Origin: Eledone cirrhosa
Lineage: Eukaryota
Reading direction: 5' to 3'
Length of the DNA: 64,000 bases
NCBI GenBank assembly: GCA_964016885.1
Contig: OZ024741.1
Coordinates: 2,728,001-2,792,000 of the forward strand
Below the pieces are notes generated by a model. That model saw only the letters and a list, made by a program, of their open reading frames with translations. It was not told where the DNA came from and searched no databases. This document shows positions 27,901-41,034 of this stretch, in pieces; positions within the stretch are counted from its first letter, which is position 1, and each line of letters begins with the position of its first letter. The position numbers and the translations under genes were made by a program.

Positions 27901-30831
27901 CCAGACAGGGACCCAGCTACTGGAAGCTGAACTTGTCGTTACCGACATGCAAAGCCTACAGTAGACGGATTAGCACTTTAGTTAAGCAGCACTTGACGGA
28001 GGCCATTGTCAATAACAGATGGTGGTACTCTCTCAAGAGGGCAGTTAAATTAGACTCGATAGGTTTTAGTAAAGAATTAGTGTTAGATAGAAATAAGACC
28101 AAAATGGAACTGGTAGATAAAGTAGAAGAGGCACTTAGGAGTGGCAACGTAGCCAGCGTTCTTGCGACGAGAACGGCCTTGGACCAGTTCTTCGACGCAA
28201 AGCATGAAGGTTGCGTTGTCAGAAGCAAAATACGTGCTCTGGGAAACGAGGGAGCCAAAGCTGTTAGCTGGGCCCAAGTGACGGAGGTGAAAAGTGGCAA
28301 CAAGTCCACGATTCGGTCTTTCAAGGACCAAGACGGGCGCGTGATACGTGAGCCGAAGCAAATGTGCGCGGCCTTTTAGCGGCACTTTGCTCAACTGTTC
28401 GGGCAGGACGGCGTGCCGGGAGGGGTTATGGATTTCGGTTCATACCCCAACAGCCTACCGCGACTCTCAGACAGCGGGGCGAAGTTCTGCGAAAGGCCGA
28501 TTTCGGCCGCTGAGATAGGGGACGCGCTGAGCCAATGCGGCAAACGCAAATCTCCAGGTCTCGACGGTCTACCCTACGAATTTTACGTAGCAATGCCGGA
28601 CTTGTCTCCGGTCTCCTGGAAGCGGTCTACTGCAACTGGCAGCAGAACGGGAGAATTCCCAGTTCTGTGACCAAGGGCGTAATCACGTTAGTCAGGAAGG
28701 ACGAGAACAAGGGGGATGACAGGCAATTTCCGGCCCATAACTCTGCTCAACACAGAGTTACAGATTTTGGCCAAGGTGTTGGCAAAGAGGCTGGCGCTTG
28801 TCGTCGAAAACCTGGTGGGAGAAGCGCAGACATGCGCAATCTCGACCAGGTCCATACACGACAACCTCCACCTCATGCGATACATCATAGAGAGGGTAGA
28901 GTGTAAACCCGGCTTCGATGGGGCCCTGATCAACTTGGATCAGTCTAAGGCTTTCGATAGGGTTGACCATCGTTACCTGGATGCGATGCTCGAGGCGGCA
29001 GGCTTCGGTCCCGTGTTCAGGGGCTGGATTGCTGCAATGTACAACAGCAACAACTGCTCAAGGGTCAAGGTGAACGGCTACCTCTCGGAGCCGTTCCATA
29101 TCACGCGATCCATCCGACAGGGATGCCCCCTTTCCTCCCTTCTGTACGTACTGACTCTCGAGCCACTACTGCGGAAGTTGGAGCTATTGCAGGACATCCC
29201 TTTGGAACCGGGACTGCGAAAAGCGACGTCGGCCTACGCCGACGACATGACAGTAATGGTGTGAAGCATCTCGCAAATCGGGGAGATCGGCACCTTACTG
29301 GAGGAATACGAAAGTTTCACAGGAGCGAAGATGAACCGGTTTGCAACTCCGTCGGTTTGCAACTCGGAACGTGGAGAGGCAAACCGATGCCTTCCGATGA
29401 CGTCGTCGGACGCTGGACGGAAGGACCGGTAAAGCTGCTCGGGGTCTGGTTTGGTCCTGACCTCCAGGTGGAGATGAACTGGAACGAGGTGACGGCCAAG
29501 GTGCTTGCGCTCACCCAGAAGTGGGCCGAGTGCAAACTATCCTTGAAAGGTCGAGCGGAGGTGGTGAACACTTTTATAGCGTCCGTCATCTACTACCGCT
29601 TGACCGTTGTGCCTTGTCCAGCTAAAACGCTCACCAAAATGGAGCGCGCGCTCTTCCAATTCCTTTGGAAGAAACGGGCTCCTTTGGTGAGAAGATCCAT
29701 CTGCTGCCAACACCCTTCAAACGGAGGGCTGGGGATGCCGTGGCTGACGATGCGCAAACACGCGCTCAGGCTGCGGCACCTCCACGTATTCCTCACCAGA
29801 CAACCGGTGTGGGCCCCGTTCGTGAGGCGAGCCTTCCCACGACTCGTCTCGCTGACCGAGCTGCAGACCTGGATCAAAGCAAAGACCGAGGAAAATGGGC
29901 GACTGGCATATCGAATGTGCTCAGGCGCTCACAATCCTCTGGCAAACGGACCCGGCGATCAGTGGAGACTCCACTTCGACATTCTATGGAGGGTTGGTCC
30001 GCAGCAAGTGCGACGACACGCTCGGAGTAACTCTAGGCGTAGAGGAGGACGAACTGGCCAGTCTGTTCGGTAGGACCTTCCGCCCGGGACCAATGGACAA
30101 CTTCCAAAAGTCCCTGGCCTGGCAGTGCTACCGAGGAGCTCTACAGACACGGGCGCCCGGGTAGGTACCCTTCAAAAAAGATCTGTCCGAGATGCGTGCG
30201 CGACGAGGAAACCGTCGCACACGCATTTGTACACTGCCCGGGCGTTACCGACCTGTGAGGCTATGTAGAACGACTATTGTCGCGGGTGGGATCAATCCAG
30301 TTGACCACCGAGTCCATTGTCATGATCAAACCGCCACCCTCCTTCAAAAACGAGGGAGAGGCGATTTTCCTATGTGTTATGGCTATGGTGAAAGAGGTTA
30401 TATGGTGGACGAGGTTAAAAGGGCTGAGGTCAGACACCTTTCTCTCCGGCGAGCAACTGATTCGTTTTTTCAAATATCATTTTGGAAGAAGAATCAGGAT
30501 GGAGAGAGAGGTGCTGTACCCCAGCAAATTTTATAAAAGATGGGTGAATGTGGCAAAGATGGCCCGAGTGGTTGGGCCTTCTCTCTATATAAGCCTGTAG
30601 GTTGAGGAAAAAGAGGAAGAGAGGAAGGGAGTACTCCCTCTTGGTGCTCCTGGAGATGAGGGTTGTACATTTTTTCGGGGTGTGTACAACCCCTGTGTAA
30701 CCCCCCCCCTATTGGGGATTTCAATTGTTATTTGTTGTTTTATTAATAGTTTAATTTTCATATACCTGTATGTAAACTCCCCATTTGTATTTATCCCATT
30801 CTTGTGTACCCTTGTGGCTAATAAAATGTTT
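24954..30831 (+). mobile_element. Full-length degenerate Tx1-clade LINE, copy 2 (diverged subfamily)
   Basis: Collinear homolog of copy 1; ORF1 ~25174-27150 and ORF2 27182-30600 with many frameshifts. Confidence 0.95.
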
Positions 30832-30916
30832 TATCTATTTGTCTCTGTAATCTGTCACCTACCTACCTATCTACCTACCAACCCACCAACCTACCAACCT
30901 ACCAACCCACTAACCT

Positions 30917-31912
30917 GTGACCGACCTGTGGAATTATGTCGAACAATAACTGTCACGTGTGGGACGCATCCAGTTGTCAGCCGAGTCCATCGTGAGGATC
31001 ACCCCACCGCCTTCATTTAAGAATGAAGGAGAGGCGGTCTTCTTCTGTCTGGTGGCTATGGCGAAAGAGGTAATATGGTGGACGAGGTTAAAAGGACTTA
31101 GGGCAAGCACCTTTCTCTCCGGACAACAACTCATCCCCTTCTTTAAGTATCATTTCAGAAGGAAGGTGAGAGTGGAGAGAGAGGTGCTACACCCCAGTAA
31201 ATTCGCTGAAAGGTGAGTGAATGTGGCGAAAATGGTCCGAGTGAATGGGCCTTCTCTGTATATAAACCTGTTGGTTGAGGGAGATAAACAGAGGGAAGAC
31301 GTGAACACCTACAAAACGTGTTCCTGGTGTTGAGGGTTGTTCTATCCACGGGGTGTAAAACAACCCTGCAGTAACATTCCCCCCTACTGGGGATTTCAAT
31401 TGTTATTTTATTATATATAGTTTATTGTTATTTATTAATTGTTTCTACTTTTGGCACAAGGCCAGCAATTACCCAGTACATTACTGGTACTTTATTTTAT
31501 CGACCCCGTAAGGATGAAAGGCAAAGTTAACCCCGACGGGATTTGAACTCAGACCGTAAAGGGACGTAACTATGCTGGAAAGCATGGCGTCCGACTCTCT
31601 ACCGATACTGCCAATCCACCGCCCTTATTTATTAATGGCGGTGGATTGGCAGTAGAGGGTCGGACGCCATGCTTTGTAGCAAGGGTTACCTCCCTTTATG
31701 ATCTGAGTTCAAATCGCGCCGAGGTTAACTTTGCCTTTCATCCTTACGGGGTCGATAAAATAAAGTACCAGTAATGCACTGGGTAATTGCTGGCCTTGTG
31801 CCAAAAGTAGAAACAATTTATTAATGTTAAAGTTATTTTTATGTAAAACCCCCGCCGCCACGTCTTGTAATGTCCCGTTTTTGTACGCCCTTGTGTCAAA
31901 TAAAGAAAGATA
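30917..31912 (+). mobile_element. 5'-truncated third Tx1 copy (3' end), interrupted by two SINEs
   Basis: ORF 30959-31216 homologous to the ORF2 C-terminus; 3' UTR ends AAATAAAGAAAGA before (CTAT/CTAC)n. Confidence 0.9.
31438..31818. mobile_element. Two OR-like SINEs head-to-head (31438-31623 minus, 31636-31818 plus)
   Basis: Family homology; ATTTATTAAT occurs left, between and right. Confidence 0.9.
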
Positions 31913-32385
31913 TCTACCTATCTATCTACCTACCTCCCTACCTACCTACCTCCCTACCTACCTATCTCCCTATCTACCTATCCCTCTATCTACTTGTCTG
32001 TTACACAACTTTTGTTCCCTTGTTTTCAAGCGTAGAAAATAAAATTGTATTATTTGTGTGAGATTGATAACAAATATTTCTTGTTCCTTAACATACCCAA
32101 GCTACATCTTATTTACATACAAAACATGTTCAATATAACTTCCTAGTCGGTGATTGTTGTGAGGAACCGTTTAGTTCAATGTTTACAGCAATATCTGAAG
32201 GATCTGAAGAGTTGCTTCCTCTTAGCGACCACTGTCTTCCATCTATATGCCCACTTTAATCGATTTCCTTACTTATCCTAACTCCTCAGCGCTTCGAAAG
32301 TTCCATACTTTGCATACAATGTTATACACACACACGCACACACATACACACACACTGACATACACATACATACATACATACACAC

Positions 32386-32502
<117 letters not shown>

Positions 32503-32557
32503 AGGAGAGATTAAAAGAGTCGAAGTCAATGTTGCAGCATATGTACAAACTTTATTG

Positions 32558-32648
32558 ACATGTTACAATTGTTTCAATATCGATCAGCTGAGGGTACAAT
32601 CGAGGTGATGAGGCTTGATTCGTGTTTTCGACATCTCGTCAGATATGC
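32558..32648 (-). ncRNA. Solo type I hammerhead ribozyme motif
   Basis: Minus strand GCATAT-CTGACGA-GATGTCGA..TCGATATT-GAAA-CAATTG-TA-ACATGT. Confidence 0.75.
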
Positions 32649-32778
32649 GAGCTGACATATGCAAATACACTTATTTACACTCTGCACACTACAGCGGTAA
32701 CTCTGGAATACAACCCAAACGAAACGGACCTCGTAACAGCATTGAGTGCTTCAAACAGCGCACCGCTTATTACGGACT

Positions 32779-32825
<47 letters not shown>

Positions 32826-32826
32826 T

Positions 32827-32857
<31 letters not shown>

Positions 32858-32968
32858 AACAAACACACAGACACACACAAACACACACACACAAACACAT
32901 ACACACACACAAACACAAACACGCACAGATAAACACACAGATACACAGATAAACGCTCACACGCACAG

Positions 32969-32999
<31 letters not shown>

Positions 33000-33006
33000 T
33001 ATATAG

Positions 33007-33332
33007 ACAGTGTACACCCGACATTCGCGGTCCTGGTTATTCGCAGAATTTTCCTGAGAAACTAACTAATAATTATTCGTGGAAACCACCACATATTCGC
33101 GGAATTGTAAATCTTTTCCGCGATTTTTTAATGGCTTTTTTCGAGGCAATATTTATTTTTTCACGCTTTTTAACGCTAAATAATTAATAACAATATACTG
33201 TATTTGCCGACCTACATTTTACGCTGTATTTTGACGATTATAGGCATTTTCATGGACCACATCCAATATTCGCGGTTGTTCACTCTTCGCAGGTGTCCAA
33301 GGAACGTAACCCCCGCAAATACCATGGGACAA

Positions 33333-33335
<3 letters not shown>
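33007..33335. mobile_element. Tigger/pogo-like MITE
   Basis: Degenerate TIRs CAGT..CC..TATTCGCGG and repeated ATTCGCGG subterminal motifs. Confidence 0.65.
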
Positions 33336-33392
<57 letters not shown>

Positions 33393-33393
33393 G

Positions 33394-33440
<47 letters not shown>

Positions 33441-33441
33441 A

Positions 33442-33473
<32 letters not shown>

Positions 33474-33803
33474 ATGAAAAAATTTGAACAGGGACAAAAC
33501 AGAGAGGCAGTACAATAAATGTTTATTAATTTCACGCTCAGGAGAGTGGGGGGTAGGTGGGGGACAATATATATATATATATATATATATTCAATTATTT
33601 TGTTTGACCTGTTTGGCTTGCCTTGTCTTTTTGGCTTAGGTGGTTCGTGGCTTCTTGACCGCCATCTCAGTTTGTTTGGCCTTTATAACCTATGTTTATT
33701 GCTCTGGTCTTTATTTGGTGCATGGAGCGCTTGCCAGCATAACTCGGATATTGCGTTTCGCTTTGTTTTCGGCCACACTCGAAATTCGATCTCGCTGAAA
33801 TTA

Positions 33804-33837
<34 letters not shown>

Positions 33838-33845
33838 CATACATA

Positions 33846-34299
33846 TTTCGTTTCTGAATTTGTTTAGCAAGATTCTTTATCTGAAATTGTGTGTTGAAAC
33901 TGATATCGTTATACTTTGGGAGAGTCATGTTGCCAATAAGAAACACATGCCCCAGTTGCTTTCACTTCAATTTATTATAAATTTTATTAATTTTATAAAT
34001 ATGAATTTCATAAATTTTATAAATTTCCGGTTGGTTGGTTTGTTCCACAAAAACAAGATGGCGTAGGACAGAACAAAGGAGAGGCACAAAACAAAGAAAA
34101 GAATCCCCAGTCACGGAAGAGGTCACAGAATGTGTGACGAAAGAACTTTGACAATATATGAACAACCGTCCGGTTATGGAACCAACCAACCAACCGGAAA
34201 TTAATGAATTCTTAAATTTATGAATTTAATTTATAATAAATTGGAGTGAAACAATTGGTGCGTGTGTTTCTTATTGGCAACATGGCCCTCCCAAAACAT

Positions 34300-34305
<6 letters not shown>
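33846..34305 (+). mobile_element. Penelope pLTR-only fold-back (arms ~33903-34047 / 34177-34305), relative of the 44-49 kb element
   Basis: Inverted arms; shares ATGGCGTAG, hammerhead and MTLPKYN start with the large element. Confidence 0.75.
34110..34152 (+). ncRNA. Minimal hammerhead motif with CGGAAGA core
   Basis: Stem I GTCA/TGAC; stem II GTCACA/TGTGAC; GAAA-GAAC-TT. Confidence 0.6.
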
Positions 34306-34355
<50 letters not shown>

Positions 34356-34358
34356 CAT

Positions 34359-34440
<82 letters not shown>

Positions 34441-34442
<2 letters not shown>

Positions 34443-34718
34443 AAAGATGAAATCGAAAATGCAACTGGAGTCTTATTAAAAAAATATATATATATATTTA
34501 TTTGGTTCCTTTACCGGTTTCGCAGCTCTTCTGCTTTTCAAAAGTAGAGTTGAGATGGAGGGTCTGTGGATTTTCTCAGATGTGAGAAAAACCACAGACC
34601 CTCCATCTCAACTCTACTTTTGAAAAGCAGAAGAACTGCGAAACCGGTAAAGGAACAAATAAATATATATATATTTTTTTAAAATAAGACTCCAGTTGCA
34701 TTTTCGATTTCATCTTTT
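34441..34718. mobile_element. Near-perfect 278-bp palindrome carrying a U3-A8 hammerhead in each arm
   Basis: Arms meet at ~34580; 34617-34652 CTT-TTGAAAA-GCAG-AAGAA-CTGC-GAAA-CCGG-TA-AAG. Confidence 0.75.
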
Positions 34719-34800
34719 TTTCTTTATACGTTCACCCGTGTAGGACACCTCGGTTATTTTTCATTTTGTAAAAAAAAAAAAAAAAAAAAAAAGACCTCAC

Positions 34801-34883
<83 letters not shown>

Positions 34884-35259
34884 CAAGGGATAGCAAATAA
34901 AGAAAACATTTTTTAATAATTTTCAAAACATTCACAGTGTATTATTTAAATGTATGAACACATACTTTTATTATATATATATATATACATACATATATAT
35001 ATATAAAGATACATATGCTCTACCAACGTGTTGAGTACCTTTTTAACTGTTGTCACCTCGCACTCCCACCCCTACCCCCAACAGAACTCGGGAATCTACA
35101 TAATATATACAAGATCCACCTTTGCGAATGAAGATAAAGAAAAAATAGTGAAAACGTCATATTAGTCGGTTCCCTTCTCTTTAGATTGGGTTGCCTTGGT
35201 GATGTAACATAGGAAGTTGTCTGATGATGTCGCGTGGCTGGTTGTGTATCTATCGCAGC

Positions 35260-35432
35260 CATCGGTAGAGGGTCGGACGCCATGCTTTGATGCATAGAGT
35301 TACAACCCTTTCCAATCTGAGTTCAAATCCCGCCGAGGTTAACTTTGCCTTTCATCCTTACGGGGTCGATAAAATAAAGTACCAGTAATGCACTGGCTAA
35401 TAGCTGGCCTTGTGCCAAAAGTAGAAACAGTT
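35260..35432 (+). mobile_element. OR-like SINE (5'-clipped)
   Basis: Family homology. Confidence 0.9.
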
Positions 35433-35759
35433 ATTAAAGGATTTTTAAACATCTACACCGACCTTTGTATTTGTCCTTATTGTACATATGCTCCGTTACA
35501 GCCTGAAAAATTATATCTTGAAGAAAACACACAATGTTGAGTGCTTATGTCGAATTACATCATTATTTACTAATTGGTGTGTTACATACGTAACCCCGAT
35601 TAGTCAACATGTTTACCGTAAGAATACATACATATATACATACATGATGGCTGCAATCTCTGCTAAGAGTATTGCAATCGATTATCAGATTACAGAAAAT
35701 GGTGCACTTTTAGGCTACGGGCAGCCACACGAACCCGTAAAGGATCTTGACAATCAATG

Positions 35760-37168
35760 CCTGTGTTTGCTATGCCTGTCCTAACACCAAAGTTTGGAAT
35801 ACTCAATTGGACGATAAACGAAATCCGAGCAGTTGATGTTGGAACTCGAAAAATACTGAACAACACCGGAAACTTCCACATCAACAGTGACATAGACCGC
35901 CTTTACTTGAAACGTAAGCAGGGAGGCAGAGGCCTAACATCAGTCCAGACAACATTTGAATGTCGCATCATATCTCTCCGACAACATCTACGAACCTCGA
36001 AGCCTAAGAGCCCGTTTCTCGAGCAAGTCTATCTGCATGAAACAGATAAGATCATGAGAGTTCGGAAGGAACTCCTCGAGAGATATTCCCTGTGATAATG
36101 AAAAACTCACACCCAGGGATGTCGCTCAGCAGTATCGCAGTGAATCCATGGATGAAAAACTGCATGCTTATAAGCAAAAGATTATGCATGGATATGTTGC
36201 CAGGAAGCTCCAGAGTGAGAGAAATATAGATAAGGAAAGTAGTCTATATAGGACCAACAACCGCTATATTGGCTCCCACTTTGAAGGATACGCTTTTGCA
36301 ATCCAGGAACAGGAGATTAACACGAAATACCTGATTCACAAAAGAGATAGGGATGCAGGCAAAACACCTAGATGTGATAACAAGTGCAGACTCTGTAGAA
36401 ATAACATCGAGGATATCACCCATGTCATCAGCAGCTGTCCAAAGATGTCATCGCGGTACTATCTACCTATGAGGCATGATGTAGTGGCCAAAACACTGTA
36501 CAATGCAGTTCGTAAAAAAGATAGCCCCGATAATAAACACATTAAAAGCTACAACAATGTGGAAGACATCCATGTACATAATATGAAAGAGTACTGGTGG
36601 AATGCAGGCATAACAGACCAGATATTATGATATGGGACAGGGAGAAGAAAACATGTACAGTAGTGGAAATTAGCTGCCCAGCAGATGCCAATATAGTATC
36701 AAAGATTAGTGAAAAGGAGAATATTTATGCAGAACTGCATAAATGAGGAATCTGCAGATACTCCACCTTGATTACAACTTCAGATTGATGCCAGTGATTA
36801 TTGGGGCACTGAGATATGTTAGTAACTGCCTCAATACAAATCTTGAGAAGCTAGGCTTCACAGGAACAGAAAGAACACAACTAGTTAGGAAATTACAAGA
36901 ACAGTAAAAGTATGTAAAGCATTCCAAAAATATTGCATCTAATAACTGCATATACACATGTACAGATGCAAAGTATATACACATGCAAACATACAACTCA
37001 AAACATACACATCCACACATTCAATAACATCCATATCTACACATGCATGCATACATAATCTACCTAGTTGATGTTGTGTAAATTCCAATGAGAGAGTCTT
37101 GTGTCTATGTTAGAAACCGACTCTCTCTCTATTGGCAAAAAATGTGTGAAATTATAAAGCCAGAAGAA
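35760..37168 (+). mobile_element. 5'-truncated R4/Dong-type RLE LINE, copy B
   Basis: DIDRLYLKRKQGGRGL, CRLC..EDITHVISSC, RHD, RPDI; near-identical to 55925-57328; followed by (CATA)n. Confidence 0.92.
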
Positions 37169-37185
37169 CATACATACATACATAC

Positions 37186-37425
37186 ATGGTCGCTGCCAAC
37201 TCGTTTTCGAGTACGGCCACTACTTTATATCCATGTAGGAGAACCCCTACCAATGCGCTAAACAAGTGTGACTTTTTAGTCCAGCCAGCGACTTGAAAAC
37301 TCTGGTACAAACACTACACTTGTGACAATTATTGACACATATTGCTGGGCCCATGGTACCATGTGACGACAAGTGCAGAGAGATCTCCAGATATAAAGCA
37401 ATACATGTGCCGTGAAGCTTTTATA
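37186..37425 (-). mobile_element. 3' part of RTE-derived non-autonomous element
   Basis: Homologous to 60699-60940. Confidence 0.88.
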
Positions 37426-37435
37426 TATACATATA

Positions 37436-39285
37436 TGATGGCTGCCCCCTCGTTATCGAGTATGGCCATTGCACGAGAAAAGAAAACAAAAAAACATAAT
37501 AATAACAATAATAATAATAATAACAACAATAATAATAACGACAACAACAACAAAAATAATATACATATATATATATATACACACACACGCACACACATAA
37601 ACATTTCTATACACACACACACACACGATAGCAATTAACAGCGCTGCGATTGTCTTCTTGCATATGTCTCGCCGACCCCAGAGTCGCCTTTCTAGCTTTC
37701 CGAAAGCATCACTTGCTTTCCTAATCCTGAGTGGGATTTCACTATCAAGTTTCTGTATCGATTGACAGTGCTTCCCAGGTAGACAAACTTATCAACCAAG
37801 TCGTTTACCATACACATAGATATTTGGTTCTCTGTACTACTTACCAGGGGCAGGTTGGTACTTGACGACGTTTTTCTTGAAACTGACAGTCAATCCTGGT
37901 GCAGTACAAGCATCAGAAAATGCATTCAAAATGTGTTGCATATCAATCTCTGTGTGCGCTACAAGATCGCAATCATCTGCATACAAGAGGTCTCTTGTGA
38001 TTGATGTAAATACTTTTGTTTTTGCAGCAAAGCGCCTGATGTTAAATATGCTGCCTGAGGTTCGATATCGGATGTAAACACCATGCTCGCAATTCCTGAA
38101 TGCTATATAGAAAACCATTGCAAAGTATATGGCAAACAGGGTCGGTGCTGGAATATCCCCCTGTTTCTCTCCATATTTTACTGAGATAGGCTCCGACATG
38201 TTACCTCTGACATTAACCCAAGCCTGCATGTCGTCAGGGAAAGACCTACCTAAAGCAAGGAACTTATCAGGGCAACCAAGTTTATGGAGAACCTTCCATA
38301 ATGCATTTCTGTTAACAGTATCGAAAGCTTTTGTCAGATCGACAAAAACCTGATACAGATCCAAACCTTGTTCCATGCACTTCTCCTGGAGCTGTCTAGC
38401 TGAGAAGATCATATCAGTAGTGCCGTGTCCACCACGAAAACCAGATTAACTTTCAGGAAGAACACAATCTGCAATGTGTGTCAGCAGACGGTCCAGAAGC
38501 ACCCTACATAACACTTTCCCTACGACAGAAAGCAATGATATACCTCTGTAGTTCCCACAATCATTCCTGTTACCCTTTCCTTTGTACAAGACCACCATTA
38601 CTGCATCTCTCCAGTCCTCAGATACGGGTTCATTAGCCCATATCCTGCCAAACAAAGAGTGAAGATGTTGCAGGAGTCTCTCACCACCATATTGTAGGAG
38701 CTCAGCATGTATGCCATCCATACCTGGAGACCTTCAACTGTTCAGCTTCGAGATATCCACTGCAACCTCTACAAGCGTCGGAGGTTCTGCGAGAGCTACT
38801 TTCACAGGACTCTCTGGAATGAGATTGAGGAAATCTTCACTGACGACAGACGGCTGATTCAAAAGATCATCAAAGTGCTCTCGCCACCTTCGTAGAATTC
38901 CTTGTGAGTCACGAAGAAGTTCTTTGCCATCCTTGCTGCGAAGCGGTGTCACCAGAGAAGAAGCTGGTCCATAAACTCACGCAAGAGACTGTACAACAGC
39001 TTTGTGTTATTGGAATCAGACACAGTTTGTATCTCATCAGCCTTCTCACTCCACCACTGATCCTTCATCTGAGAAAGACTCTGCCTAACACGTGATTTCA
39101 CATCCTTGAGTTCCTTATGCAACATATTCTTCTCCTGTGGTTTTGCCGTCAAGTAGCGTGACAGAGCACGCCTCCTATCAGCCAACAAGTCTTCTATATG
39201 TTCATCATTCTCATTAAACCAGTCTTGATGTTTTCTCTGCACCAATCCCAGAACACGCCTGCCTACATCATAAACCGACTTTTTA
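37436..39285 (-). mobile_element. 5'-truncated, internally deleted RTE/BovB LINE, copy B
   Basis: FVDLTKAFD, LLYADD, NYRGISLLS; homologous to 57874-60620 but lacking ~58245-59075. Confidence 0.93.
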
Positions 39286-39351
39286 CATACATACATAAAT
39301 ACATACATACATACATACATACATACATACATACATACATACATACATACA

Positions 39352-39383
<32 letters not shown>

Positions 39384-39687
39384 AATAATCGAATGTTCTG
39401 TTTAATTGTTTTCTTCTCTATTTCTTCTCTGCACAGATTGCCGGAAAGACAAAGAAGATATATTGTTGAAGTGAAAGTTTAGCTCGAACCTGGTTGAGAA
39501 AAACATGTCAGGAGATATGGGGCCAGAGACATTGGATGTAGCCTTATGGAGCTTCTACGACAAAGGAAAGACAACTGAGTAATGTCACTGTAAGATTTGA
39601 ACGTCCCTCCATTATATCTAACTCAGGAGTTTGCATTTGCTTCACTTAAGCATGTACTGTATTCTACTGAGACTAAGATTAAGGATA

Positions 39688-39948
39688 AAGTCTGTCTCAA
39701 ACCAGGAGGCTCATCAGGTCAGAGCTTCTCCCCGTGAAGCAACAGAGAGTACAAGACCCCTCCCCCCGAACATGATGCCAATCCACCATAGGGTTAAACC
39801 CTCAGCTATTACTGGTACTCATTTTCAGCTGAGTATACTGTAACAACGTGAAATGAAGTGTTTTGCTCAAGAAAACAACACACAACCCAGTCCACGACAT
39901 TATAACCCTAAACCTAACACCTTTTACCACTAGACCACACGCCTTCAC
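39688..39948 (-). mobile_element. tRNA-derived SINE (second family)
   Basis: Homology to 49749-50018. Confidence 0.85.
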
Positions 39949-40624
39949 CACCAAGGAGAGTTTTATATTTGGGACACTGTGTGTATATATTAAATGGTGA
40001 ACCACACTTTCCTTGTTGTTGTAAATTAAGGATCAAACTTGATCCACGATTACTTGCAGATTAGAATTATTTCAGTTGCTGTTTCAGGTACAAAATATAT
40101 TCCAGCTTCGCCTTCTACCAATGACTGTCATAATCTTTGAAACTTTATTTTATTGCTAAATTTCATAAAAGAAGACATGGAGTGATCCAAAGATCTGACC
40201 AAAGATCTGACCAAAGAATCTGGCCAATCTTTCAACCAATGTGAAACATCAGATTTATTGATTCTCTCAACATATACGAACTTGTTCCAATTGTTGCGTC
40301 AACGGAACACCTTGCTCCTGGAAGTAATATGTAAATAGCTGAGAATTTCATAGACACGTGTACACTTAATTTAATTCTCAGGGAGATTCAGTGTGCCACA
40401 GTGTGTGACAAGACTGAAAACAAAATACACACAAATACACACATACTCACACGCACGAAAACACACACATATACAAATCATACATGTTTACATAAAACGT
40501 CAAGTCACGTATCAATTTTTTTTCGTTAGTTGGTCTCCTTTCTGTCAGGCTAGAAGGGGAAAACAGTGGCTGTGCCGAGAGAATTGAGATAGAAAAACAA
40601 TATATAAAAAGAAAGCTAACTTCA

Positions 40625-40832
40625 GTCTCCTCTGTGTTACTTTCAAAGCTGACTTTTGGGAGGCTCCCGTACAGCTCTGAGTTCTTCATCCTCAGTGTAT
40701 ACTGATTAATGTTCAGAGCCATCCTCAGCATTCTCGTGTAGCACCCATCCACCATTTGCGTGAGTTTCTTGGTCAGTGTCCAAGTCTCAGACCCGTACAG
40801 TAGTACAGACTCCACTGTAGCCACGAACAGAC
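40625..40832 (-). pseudogene. RTE/RTEX-type RT C-terminal fragment
   Basis: VESVLLYGSETWTLT..DGCYTRMLR. Confidence 0.8.
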
Positions 40833-40837
40833 GGATC

Positions 40838-40892
<55 letters not shown>

Positions 40893-41034
40893 TGCCAGTA
40901 ACTATTTGGTATGGTGTTTCTTGGGCAATTTAAAGTTGATGGAGTCACTCTCCTCTCCAAGTAAAATGCAGTCAATTTCTTCCAATGAAGGGGGAAATGG
41001 TAGACAGGAAGTGAGAAAGATATGTAGAGGAAGA

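Noticed and set aside
19127-30831. Tandem segmental duplication of one LINE
   Set aside because: The copies are strongly diverged in ORF1 and UTRs, and each is bounded by its own target duplication
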